64,000 bases of DNA from Neoconidiobolus thromboides FSU 785. Its lineage: Eukaryota > Fungi > Entomophthoromycota. Location of the stretch: the NCBI GenBank assembly GCA_025603075.1, contig MU626369.1, positions 1 to 64,000 on the forward strand, written 5' to 3'. This document shows, piece after piece, positions 49,719 to 60,900 of this stretch (the stretch's first letter is position 1; every line of letters begins with the position of its first letter). Position numbers and translations under genes: made by a program. Below the pieces are notes generated by a model. That model searched no databases. It saw nothing but the letters and a program-made list of their open reading frames with translations, and had not been told where the DNA came from.

Positions 49719-52700
49719 TTATTTTAAATCCAAAAACCCATCTTGGTCCCAAGCTTCTAGATATTTAAATAAAAGTATAGAATCTATCTCTGGAGATTGA
49801 TGACAATAAGGAAAAGTTTGTAGCGAACAAAGGTGGATCAATTCGTCAACAGATGATGAATTTGAATAGATAGTAAAAAAGCTAGCTAAAGAAGTAATGG
49901 GATTAGGCTCTGTAGTTTGAAATTCATCCTTCTTAAGCATATCGATAAACTTTTGATTCCTCACAATATCAAATTGAAACCCACAGTCTCTTAATAATTT
50001 TAAAATAAGACTAAACGAGTTAGTCACTGGACTCATAATATAATGTATATTGTCATCCTTATTCTTATTACTTCCAGAAAGTTGGAACTCAACTAAAGCT
50101 TTGGCAGCATAATCGACTGGTATCCAGTTAATCGACATAAATGTTTCTGGTGCTACTTTCATAGTATAGATATTTTTAACTAGTAAAGGAAAATATTCAC
50201 TAGTATTCCAAATACCATTAATACTATCTCCAGAAACTTGGCCTATACGATGAATGGAAATATTTAAATTGTAATGACCGGCCCACTTTAACAAGATATT
50301 TTCAGTGACCAACTTGGATAAGTTATAACCATTGGAATAAGTTAAGTTCATTAACTTCGAATTTAGTTCATTTTGCTTTTGTATCAGTAAACTATTAGCA
50401 CTATTATTCAAATCAATCTTAGGAAATAAGGCACCAATACTTGATATAAAATGAAAGTCAATATAATATTTGCTTTTGTTACAGAAGTTTAACAAGCTTA
50501 CAGTGCTTTCAATGCACTCTTTAAACGAACTCAACTGATTTAAAAAATTTACTTTCCAACCAGAGTGATAGATAACATTAGTCTCATTTAGTAAATGTTG
50601 GTATTCATTGTCATTGAGACCAAATTGAGCATTGTTATTATTATAGTTTAATACTTTAATCTTTTTCCATTCTTTTTGATTGAGTTGAATTTTTCTTTGT
50701 TCAAAGCTCTTTTTCAATTTCAATTCACTATGTCCAATAGTGTCCCCTCTTACCAAAGCATAGATTTTTTTGATATTGCTTAGTTTTATTAATTGCTGAA
50801 TCAAAAAATTACTTAAAGATCCATTAGCACCAGTGATTAATACATTTAATTTTTTTTTATTTGTTTCTTTTTGGTTATTTATATATTTATTATTACTTGG
50901 AAATATCGTATATTTTTTAATTAAATTATTGACCTGAGATTGATATTCGTTTAATGTATCATAATCATTATTGCAATTGCCAACATTATTTAACACATTA
51001 AAAATATTAATTGATAACAATTGAATAGTATCATTTTGATAGATAGTGTTAACATTTAATGAATTTAAATTGTATTCTTTTATTATGAATTTTTTATATT
51101 TGATAACACATAAAGAATCCATACCATTATTAAAGAAATTATCATTGAGTTGAATTAGTTTATTGGTAATCTTTTTAAAATAGAATTGCAATTTATGTTG
51201 TATTGTTACAATTGTATTTCTATCGTTATTATTTAATGTGACACTGACACTACTGTTATTACTATTATCAGTAAACTGATAATATAGATGATCGATTTCT
51301 TCTTTAAATAATACTTCATTCTTTTTACGTATAATATTTCCTTTAGCTGTAGTAATAAATGATTTGTGATATCTGGAAGGTAAAATAAGCACTAATTCTT
51401 TAAAAATTCTAGAATGAGAAGGTATTGTTTTATTGATATTTTGAATTTGTTTATAAATTGATTGTTGGATAACCTCAAATGGATTGTTATTATCGTTCAA
51501 CTCGATAATAGCACAGTTATACAATTGATTTGCACCATAAATTTGAGAATGCTTGATAAATATATTGCTATTTAATTCCGCTTCAATTGAGTTTGGATTT
51601 GTTTTAGTTCCATTAATATGGACAATGATATCATCTGCTCTTCCAATGATTTTAAATATTAGCTCATTTTTTTCTTGATTATGAGTAACAACTTTAATAA
51701 GATCACCTAAAAGATAACCCTCTTCATTATCTTCAATCAAATCAGAAGCCAATCCTTTATCATGTTTCAAAATAAGGAACTGTGCTATATCATTAGAATG
51801 ATAGATTAGACGATATTGAATATGCTGAAAGAAATGAAAATGATCAAATGAATGTATATTTTTTGAAATCAAACTAGTAGCTAAAAACCCAGTTTCTGTA
51901 GACCCATAACAATTTGTAATAGTCAAATTATTAGCTTGACATTGCTGAATAACTTCATTGGGTAATATTGCCCCTGCTGTAAAGATATTTGCTAACTTTA
52001 ATAACACTTGCCAATAGCTTGGGTTTTGGTTACAATACTCTATAATTTGCTTTATTAAAAAGGGTAATAATATTAAGTAATTGGCATTATAAAACTCGAT
52101 TTCTTTTATTATTTGTTGACTGTACATTTGATTTATGTTTATCATAACTAAGGTTGATAAATTAAATATGCTTTTGATAAAATTTGTTAATCCTAAACCA
52201 TGATAAAGGGGAGCATACATTATACCCACACCTAAAAATGAGTTATAATCAATTTCATTTAGATATCTTTTCATCAACTCAAATACATAATCATCAGATA
52301 TATAGACCAATTTTGGGTAAGAGCATGTTCCAGAAGAATGTAAAACAAAACAAAGATTTGATAAATTGGTATAAGGAGTAATAGAGGAATGACTTATATT
52401 TAACAACTCATTGTAATTGTTTATATCAAAACTATTGATTAAGGTTAAATTTGGTATTCCTTTTTTACATTCTTCAGCTAATTGTTGTGTACTATCATCA
52501 TAGACAAGTATAGTTGATGAACTTTGTTGAATTAAATGAACTAAAATATTGCTACTATTTTTAACTGATAATATAATTGGAACCAAATTAAGCTTCAATA
52601 AACTTAAAAAATTAATGGGATAGTCAATAGTGCTATCTGCTAAATAGCATACTGGTATAAATCCTTTTTCATTTACTTCAAGTGGATGTTGCAATTGCTT

Positions 52701-52889
52701 TTGAAAGTTAATACTTGCTTGTAATAACAACTCATTTAATAATTGGAAAGAAATCGATCTTATTTCATCACCTTTTAAATATTTTAGTAGAATGTTAGTA
52801 GGGTGATGTTTAACATGATAGTTTACTACATCTATCAAATTTGAGTTATGAATTTTCAAAAATAAGTCGTTAAGTTGATTCAAATTCAT
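49719..52889 (-). CDS. NRPS-like adenylation-thiolation-reductase (A-T-R, carboxylic-acid-reductase type)
   Basis: A domain LHSSGTCSYPK, YAPLYHGLG, YGSTETG, GRADD, TTAKGNIIRKK. T domain FFNNGMDSL (Ser present). R domain LITGANGSL, YHSGWKVNF, FISSIG, GYNLSK, HRIGQVSGD, INWIPVD. Intronless. Confidence 0.92.
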   Translation of the reverse strand: MNLNQLNDLFLKIHNSNLIDVVNYHVKHHPTNILLKYLKGDEIRSISFQLLNELLLQASINFQKQLQHPLEVNEKGFIPVCYLADSTIDYPINFLSLLKLNLVPIILSVKNSSNILVHLIQQSSSTILVYDDSTQQLAEECKKGIPNLTLINSFDINNYNELLNISHSSITPYTNLSNLCFVLHSSGTCSYPKLVYISDDYVFELMKRYLNEIDYNSFLGVGIMYAPLYHGLGLTNFIKSIFNLSTLVMININQMYSQQIIKEIEFYNANYLILLPFLIKQIIEYCNQNPSYWQVLLKLANIFTAGAILPNEVIQQCQANNLTITNCYGSTETGFLATSLISKNIHSFDHFHFFQHIQYRLIYHSNDIAQFLILKHDKGLASDLIEDNEEGYLLGDLIKVVTHNQEKNELIFKIIGRADDIIVHINGTKTNPNSIEAELNSNIFIKHSQIYGANQLYNCAIIELNDNNNPFEVIQQSIYKQIQNINKTIPSHSRIFKELVLILPSRYHKSFITTAKGNIIRKKNEVLFKEEIDHLYYQFTDNSNNSSVSVTLNNNDRNTIVTIQHKLQFYFKKITNKLIQLNDNFFNNGMDSLCVIKYKKFIIKEYNLNSLNVNTIYQNDTIQLLSINIFNVLNNVGNCNNDYDTLNEYQSQVNNLIKKYTIFPSNNKYINNQKETNKKKLNVLITGANGSLSNFLIQQLIKLSNIKKIYALVRGDTIGHSELKLKKSFEQRKIQLNQKEWKKIKVLNYNNNNAQFGLNDNEYQHLLNETNVIYHSGWKVNFLNQLSSFKECIESTVSLLNFCNKSKYYIDFHFISSIGALFPKIDLNNSANSLLIQKQNELNSKLMNLTYSNGYNLSKLVTENILLKWAGHYNLNISIHRIGQVSGDSINGIWNTSEYFPLLVKNIYTMKVAPETFMSINWIPVDYAAKALVEFQLSGSNKNKDDNIHYIMSPVTNSFSLILKLLRDCGFQFDIVRNQKFIDMLKKDEFQTTEPNPITSLASFFTIYSNSSSVDELIHLCSLQTFPYCHQSPEIDSILLFKYLEAWDQDGFLDLK

Positions 52890-54447
52890 TTAATTTTTTT
52901 AGATACTTTTACTATTATGCTCTCTTTATACTTTTCTTAGTTTCGTTTAATTACAATAAAACAGGAATAAAAGTCAAAAAGTTTATACCTAGCAGTAGTT
53001 TTAAAGCATGAAATGTTCCAGATTGAGCTACCAAACATTTGAGGGTGGGATAAATATAATCAATGCCGCCAGAATATATTTTAAATTACTATATTTAAAA
53101 CCCTGGTACAATAAAAATATCCTTATTTATTCCAAAAAAGCTTAATGATAGTATTTTACATATTATTCCTACTTTTGACTGAAATTTTCTTCTGTCAATT
53201 GTATGTATGCTTTTGACATCAAAAAATGAAGGACTTTGCTAAACAGCTACTTTTTGTCAGTAATTTGATTTATTATTTTTGTTAGAATAAATTCGTTATA
53301 TTAAATTATATAACAATAACATGACTTATTAACTGGAACAAATACAAATATAAACATGGTAATTAGGGTAGCACTTATTTATTAAACATGGTAGGTAAGT
53401 AAATGGCTAGATTTACACTATTTGGTAATAAATAATATCAATATTCATTCTTTTTATGTCCAAATAAAAAATCTTTAATTGAATTATATATTATTGATTT
53501 ACCTCTTAATTATAACTAATCTCTAATAGGAGGCCTCTAGATATATCCAAAGAACGCTAAAGCATTGCTATGGTATTAGATCTTGTTTTCTAACACTTCC
53601 TACTTTCACAGTATATATGAGCTTAATATAAAAACAATAAGTTTTTAATAGAGGACTAAAACGAATACTGAGTTAAAGTCAAATTTATTAGTATAATATA
53701 AAGCTTTGAAAAAAATCCCTGTATGTAATGAATGAGTTACAATTAAATTTTTGAGGATGTAAACACAGTTTTAAATTCTGGTTAGTTGTAACATCATTTA
53801 ATAAAATAAAAAATTATTATGACCTGATGTACAATAATTGAAGTCAAATGACAGTCGTAAGCATGATACAAAAGGTCAAGAATTTTTAATAAAAATAAGG
53901 ACTACTTTTGATTTGAAATACCATATTAGCTGCTTTATTACTTTTATTGGTATATTTACTTAAAATTCTTCTGAGAAAATAACACCACTCACTTCAAGTA
54001 TCAAACATACCCTTATCATATCAGTTTCAAAAACCCCACATTATGCTACTTATTTAGGACTCAAAACGCTATAAAGTTATTTTCAATATTTTATTAGTTA
54101 GTAAATTAAGGATGTGAAAATAATAAAGTCATCGGAGTTCTAGTTCAAGTTAATAAAAATATATCAAAATTAAAGTTGCTAATTTTATAGTCCAAATAGC
54201 CATTTAATACTTTAAATTAAATCAAGTAGGATAGTGCATTGAGACATTATTAATTGCTTTAATGATATTTGATTAAGGTTTAGGATCCAAAGAAAATTTA
54301 AAAATAATTTAGAAGTAAGGATTTATCTTTAATTTTCCTAAATAGTTATTAAGATTGAAGTTAATTTTGTTAAAGGGAAAACAAAAAAAGAATACGAATA
54401 ATAAACAATGCAATAGTTCACATCCATTTCAATAGTTCAGTTCGCTA

Positions 54448-54741
54448 TCATGGTTTTTGCTGTACTACTAGTGGTTGTTCTGCTGCTTTTTGCTCTAGTC
54501 TAGTTGCTTCTTGTTGTTGTTCCATTACTTGTGTGGTATTCTTTTGACTTGGATTTTCATTTGTTTTTTCAGGCACCGTATATAATATCGAATTAATTAT
54601 ATTATCTATCATATTAGCTTGAAGCGGTAAAATAGGACGAACTAATACACCTAATCTGGAGTAATCATCATTAAACGGTACTATATTACAAGTTGATAGG
54701 ATAATAAAAAGGAAAAAGTAAAGTAGAGAAAAAAATAGCAT
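54448..54741 (-). CDS. Small putatively secreted protein (97 aa), Gln/Glu-rich tail
   Basis: ATG start, hydrophobic N-terminus MLFFSLLYFFLFIILSTC, tail MEQQQEATRLEQKAAEQPLVVQQKP. Confidence 0.55.
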   Translation of the reverse strand: MLFFSLLYFFLFIILSTCNIVPFNDDYSRLGVLVRPILPLQANMIDNIINSILYTVPEKTNENPSQKNTTQVMEQQQEATRLEQKAAEQPLVVQQKP

Positions 54742-55316
54742 TATTAAAAAAAGTAATAGAGAAATTAAAAGAATAAAAAGATAAAAAATGATAAGTTTAT
54801 ATAAATGTTTATTATATATAAATAAAAATTGAACCAGTTAGTACCCTTTTATTGATATTATATTTTATTGATGTTAGTTTTAAACTGACTACTTTTTAAT
54901 AATAAACATTGAAAATTAATGATTTCAGGTATACTACTTAAAGTCAACTAAACCCAGCTAACATTTAAAAATTTCGTTAAACGTTTAAAATTCAAATCTA
55001 TAACGATTTCTATAAATGGATTTAGCTCCCATCAAGTGGCAAGCTTTAAATCTTTAAAACCAAAATGATTTCAGAAAATAACTAGGAAAAAAATCATTAA
55101 AATAGCATTAATGCTCCGATGAGAGTTTTTAGATCTTTACTGTAAGAGGAAGTGTTTTTTAATCTTAATTAGATAGGGAAAAAGTTATTAAAGGAATTTA
55201 TCAATAGACGAGCTAAAGTGGAAGAGATATACCAATTCTTAATTGTGATAAAGTTGAGACCAAAGGTTGGTCAAAAATTTGATTATTGAAGTTTACTTTT
55301 GATTAGAACAAGGTAC

Positions 55317-55414
55317 GGGGATGTATTTTTGTGTTTAAGAGTTTGACTAATAATCTTTTCACTCAAATAATGTTTAGAAATGGAAAAAGTGATGAAATCA
55401 AAAAAAACATCCTC
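55317..55414 (+). mobile_element. MITE copy M
   Basis: ggggatgtatttttgtgtttaag...aaaaaaaacatcctc; flanks GTAC/ATAC. Confidence 0.86.
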
Positions 55415-55668
55415 ATACAGTTAATACGTTTTGTCTTTTTTAATCTGGAGATATTTCTTTTAAATAGAAGTTAAAAGCTATATCCAATTAAACACCTTGA
55501 ATTTCATATTAAAATAATTGAACTTCAAATTAAAAACAAAAAGCTACCTTTAATTTCAAATTGCTCAAAGGAGCTAATAAACTAAGTGAAAAAATTATTG
55601 GTAGTTGAAATGAAAGAGATAAGGGATATTTTAAAAAAAATTATATTATAGTATTAAAAGAAAGAAAT

Positions 55669-55759
55669 AGAGACTATTTTTTGGTTTCATCACTTTTTCC
55701 ATTTTTAAGCACTGTTTGAACGGAAAGATTGTTAGTAAAATTTTAAAAAATACATCTCC
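55669..55759 (-). mobile_element. MITE copy N
   Basis: agagactattttttggtttcatcactttttcc...aaaaaatacatctcc; flanks AAAT/AAAT. Confidence 0.82.
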
Positions 55760-55972
55760 AAATAAAAAGTCAAAATAGATAATAATTGTATATTTAAGTT
55801 AATAAAAGATTTAATTAAGATTGTAATAATTTATTGAATTGATTTTAACTGAGTTTAAAAATTGACACGGATAAATAATTATTTAGTTTTTATGTATAAA
55901 ATAGAAATAATTCATATACTAAGTAAAATCAAAATAATTTATTATCAGAAATCTTTTAGAAATTTAACATTT

Positions 55973-56071
55973 GGGAATGTATTTTTGTGTTTATGAATCC
56001 TACTAACAATCTTTTCGTTTAAATAGCACTTAAAAATGAAAAAAGTAATGAAGCCAAAAAAAAACATCCTC
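55973..56071 (+). mobile_element. MITE copy O
   Basis: gggaatgtatttttgtgtttatg...aaaaaaaaacatcctc; flanks ATTT/ATAT. Confidence 0.85.
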
Positions 56072-56200
56072 ATATAATAAATGGAATATTTTATTACTTT
56101 GATTTTTAAAATTTATTTTAAATTTAATCTAATCTCTCTTACTTTAAATAATTCCACTCATCAGAAACAATTACTTTTATTAACTTGATTGTCTTATCGA

Positions 56201-57585
56201 TTACATACCCCAACCAGTTAAATTATACCACCTTAAATTACATGAAGTATTGGCCATCAATTCAGATGAAAATTTCGGATCACAAGCACATACTGGCCCC
56301 ACTTTTCCATTTTCCCCTTTAGCTTGATTTTTTGGACAATATTGATAAGGATGTTTATAAAAACCAATTTGATCAAAGAAATGAATTTGATTTCGATTTA
56401 AAGCAAAGTTAAGAAATAATGTTTTAATTGGTCCTTCTGCCCATCGTTCATAAAAGATACCCCCTTGTTTTTCAAGCTCATTAAAGTAATCGAGATATTT
56501 TTGATTACGAAAGACTGAAAAAGAAGCCACTTCAAAACTATTCCAATAATGACAAAGATTATATGTGTTTCCTAAATAAGATAAAATTTCAATTTCAATT
56601 TAAAATAAAAAGAAAAGTATCTTAAATATTACCTTCATCTTCAGATACAAATTCTAGATCTTTTTTATTAATAGTATTAAAATGTTCTTTTGTTACAGAC
56701 CATAAACTTTTAATAGTATCTTCTAATTCATATACTGATTGAGTAAAACCGTATAATTTCTTATTATTTTTTAATTCTTCAAATGGATCTTTCATATCAC
56801 AATTAAATTGAGCACCTCCATCAATCTTCATATAATAATCAAATTCTTTAGTTAATTCATGTCGAAAAAAGAAGCCAGTCCAATATCTATTATAATGAAG
56901 TATTAATATAAAAAATTAAATTACTATTATTATTAAATATTTCTATATTTATGTATTTATATTACCTATTATGATGTCGAAATAATAATGAATCAGCATG
57001 TATAACATTTAACTCTTTTCTAGCTTTCCTTGCTTTTTGACGATCAATATCTTTTGGTATAGACCAATGTTTATAAGGTATAACACCAAATTTCAATTTT
57101 GCTTTAGTTAAATAAGATAACAATAACATTGTTTTCTCACTTAATGGTTTTGGACTTAATATAACATATGGATAATTATATTTAGAATTAAATCGATCTT
57201 CAATTTCTCTTATTGAATATCGGAGATTTTTGATTTCTTCTCCTCCTCCTTCCATGGTTTCATCTTCTAAAACTACAGCAAGTAAACAGGCTTTAATTGA
57301 GTTATCTTCATTATCTTCATTATCTTCATTATCTTCATTGTAAATATAATTTGTTTGAATTCGATCATTAGCTAAAGTAATCTCTTCTAAAGATAATTCA
57401 TGTAATAACTCATTTTGTTCTAGATTTAACCATAAATTATTGTTCAATTTAGAGATGGGATATTCATATTTCAATTCAAATATTAAATCTTCGTCTAGTT
57501 TTAAAAGTTGATTGAATAAGTAAATGGAACTAACAATGAGTAATAGGACAATTACTATTATACTTTTTTTACTTGGAGTTATCAT
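56201..57585 (-). CDS. GT15 (KRE2/KTR-like) alpha-1,2-mannosyltransferase, divergent, 3 exons
   Basis: Type II TM anchor and stem. SIREIEDRFNSKYNYPYV, R|YWTGFFFRHELTKEFDYY, NCDMKDPF, KLYGF, YNLCHYWNSFEVAS, YLDYFNELEKQGGIFYERW and CACD. Exons join through GT-AG introns. Confidence 0.88.
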
Positions 57586-57983
57586 TTGATCGTTTTTGAA
57601 ACTATTTTATGGAATGTAAATGTAAATATAAGTATAAATCTAAATCTAAATTCAAATGTTTTTTTTAATATTTGAAGATTATGTCAAGTATTTATAGTTA
57701 ATGATCTTTATTTAAAATAATTTAAATTTATCAATTAATCTTTCTCTCCATTGATACCCCACTTAAAAAAATATGCCAAGTTTTGATTTTTTGGTTAAAA
57801 AAATTAAGCTCATTGATATTCAGTATTTTAAGCTAATTAAATATTGATCAAAAAAAACAATTTAATAATTTAAAAAATAAACATTCACATAAATAAGTTG
57901 GACTTAGAAAATAACAATAATATAAAACATATTAATTAATGTTTTAAATCAATTTATTTATTTAATTTAATATATTTATGTAT

Positions 57984-60900
57984 TTATAAAAATTCATTCT
58001 CTTTCCAATATTCTAAATATTTTACAAATGTATTCTTATTTATCTCTTGACATTCTTTAATAACCTTTGATCTTTTTTCAGTTTCCTTTGTATCTAGAAT
58101 ATAACTTATACTATCTTCCTTTAATCCTAATTCAAAGAACTCTAATAACGAATGAATAAATCCAATATCTTTATTATCTATTTGTTGACGGTGTAATAAT
58201 TCTAAAAACTGTTGATTATTTATAATATTAAATTCAATTCCTTCTTCTTTTAGCCATAATAACATTTGATTGTATTTGATATTATTAGGATTAGCAATAT
58301 GATTAACAATTATACTCTTTTTCTCTTCATTAATGAAATTCAATTCTATTAATCCCTTAGCTACTGTATTTACTGGTATCCAATTTAATAGCTGATAATT
58401 TTCTGGAGCTAAATTATATTGTTTTATTGCTTTTATAAATAAAGGTATATGTTCTTTAGTGTTCCAAATACCTTTATTGTCATCTCCTGAGATTTGTCCT
58501 ATACGATGAATAGATATAAATAAACTATATTTATATTGAAGGGAATATTTTAATAAGATATTTTCAGTGATTAATTTAGACAAAGCATAGCCACTACAAT
58601 GAACTGTATTGAGTAGTTTTGAATTAATTGAAGTTTGCTTTAAAAAAATTGTATTATATGTGGTAACATTATTTAAATTTAATTGTGGAAATAAACTAGC
58701 AATACTTGAAATGAAATGAAAATGAAGTCTATATTTACTTTTTATACTGAAATTTAATAAATTAACAGTGAATTGAATATTTTCTTCAAATAAATTTAAT
58801 GGCTTTAAAAAATTCATTAACCAAGCAGAATGATAAACTACATTCACATTATCTAACAATTCTTTATATTTAATATTATTTAAACCAAATTGACTATCAT
58901 TAATATTTAAATTTAATATTTGAATTTTATTCCATTGAGATTGAGTAATTTGAATTTTTCTTTGTTGAAATGAAAGTTTTAATTTAGATTTACTTTCTTC
59001 AATTGAATTTCCTCTTATTAAGCAATAAATTTTATTAATGTTATTTAAATTTATTAATTCTTGAATTATAAAATTACTTAATGATCCATTAGCGCCTGTT
59101 ATTAATACACTTAATTTAGTTATACTGGGTTTATTATTATTATTATTGTTATCATCTGAAAATGTTGTATATTTTTTAATTAAATTATCTACCTGAGATT
59201 GATATTCAGTTAGCTCATTAATCTCCTTATTATTCTTATTATCACTATTATTATTTAATAAATTAAAAATAAATTTAGATAATAATTGAATAGTGTCATA
59301 TTGATAAATAGTGTTAATATTTAATGATTTTAAATTATATTCTTTAATTAATAAATTTTTATATTTTATAATACATAAGGAATCCATACCATTATTAAAT
59401 AAATTATCATTGAATTTAATTGATTTATTAGTTATTTGTTGAAAATAAAATTGTAATTTAAATTGGATTTGTTCAATAGTATTATTATTATTATTACTAT
59501 TATTATTATTACTATTATTATTATTATTATTATTATTATTAAATTGACTATATAATTGATTAATCTCATCTTTAAATAAAACTTCGTTTTTTTTGCGTAT
59601 AATATTACCTTTAGAAGTAGTAATAAATTGTTTATGATAATTGTTAGGTAAAATAAATATTAATTCTTCAAAAATCCTAGAATGTGAAGGTAATATTTGA
59701 TTGATCTCATAAATCTGTTTATAAATAGATTCCTTAATATCTTGAGTTACCTCATCAATATTTTCTTTTAATTGAATTATAATACAATTATATAATTGAT
59801 TAGTACCATATACTAAACAATATTTAATATTATTATTATTATTTAATTTTAATTCAATTAAATTAGGATTCGTCTTTTCCCCATTACTATGAATAATGAT
59901 ATCATCCATTCTTCCCATAATTTCAAATATTAATTCATTCTCGTCTTTATTATATTTAATTACTTTAAATAAATCATTATGTAAATAAAATCCACTTTCA
60001 TTAATAACTACCTTATTCGCTAATCCAATATCTCTATTATTAATAGCTAGTTGATAAATGGATTGTTTTTGATTAATACAAGTTAATTGAAATTGAATTC
60101 TTTTTGCTAATTTAAATCGATCAAAACAATTCTCTTCACTGTCTTCTCTCCAATTAGCTGCTAAAAATCCTGTTTCTGTAGAGCCATAATTATTAGTTAC
60201 CTTAACCTTGTTATTATAACAACTCTTTAATAACTCATTTGAAACCAAAGCACCGCCTGTAACAATATTTGTTAAGCTTTGTAATCTTACTAAATAATCT
60301 TTATTCGATTGACAATATTCTATTAATTGATTTAATAAAAAAGGTAATAATATCAAATAATTCACATCAAATCTTTTCATTTGTTGAAATATCCATTTTT
60401 CTTCTAATTTATTATCTGGAATAGCAATACATGAAGACATAAATAAACTTTTAAAAAATTGGGCTAATCCAAAGCCATGAAAAAGAGGGGCATAGCTTAA
60501 TCCAACACCAAAAAATGTTGAGTTTTCAATCTCTTCATAGTTACGCTGAATCCATTCAATGAGATACTGATTAGTGATAGGATATAATTTAGGTTCAGAT
60601 GTAGAACCAGAAGAATGCATCATTAAACATGGATAATTAAGATAATTTATTGTATCTTTCCCTTTATTTTCTGTTTTAATATCTTTGATATCTTTTTCAT
60701 TTTCTTGATATTCTTGTTTCGTTTTTATAACCTCAATCTCAATATTTAATTCCTTTTTACATTTCATTGCCAACTCATAATGATTTCTATCTACTACAAT
60801 AATTTTACACTTGGATTTTAAAATCAAATATTTTAATATCTCTATGGAATTTTTTGGTGATAATAAAATAGGTACGAGATTCAATTGCATTAATGCTAAT

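Noticed and set aside
53320-54350. Frame with weak resemblance to a Ty3/gypsy protease-RT relic (FFLCPN..., LYIIDLP..., IKHTLII...)
   Set aside because: About 11 stops in ~145 codons is close to random expectation at this AT content. No YxDD, DTG/DSG or LTRs were seen.
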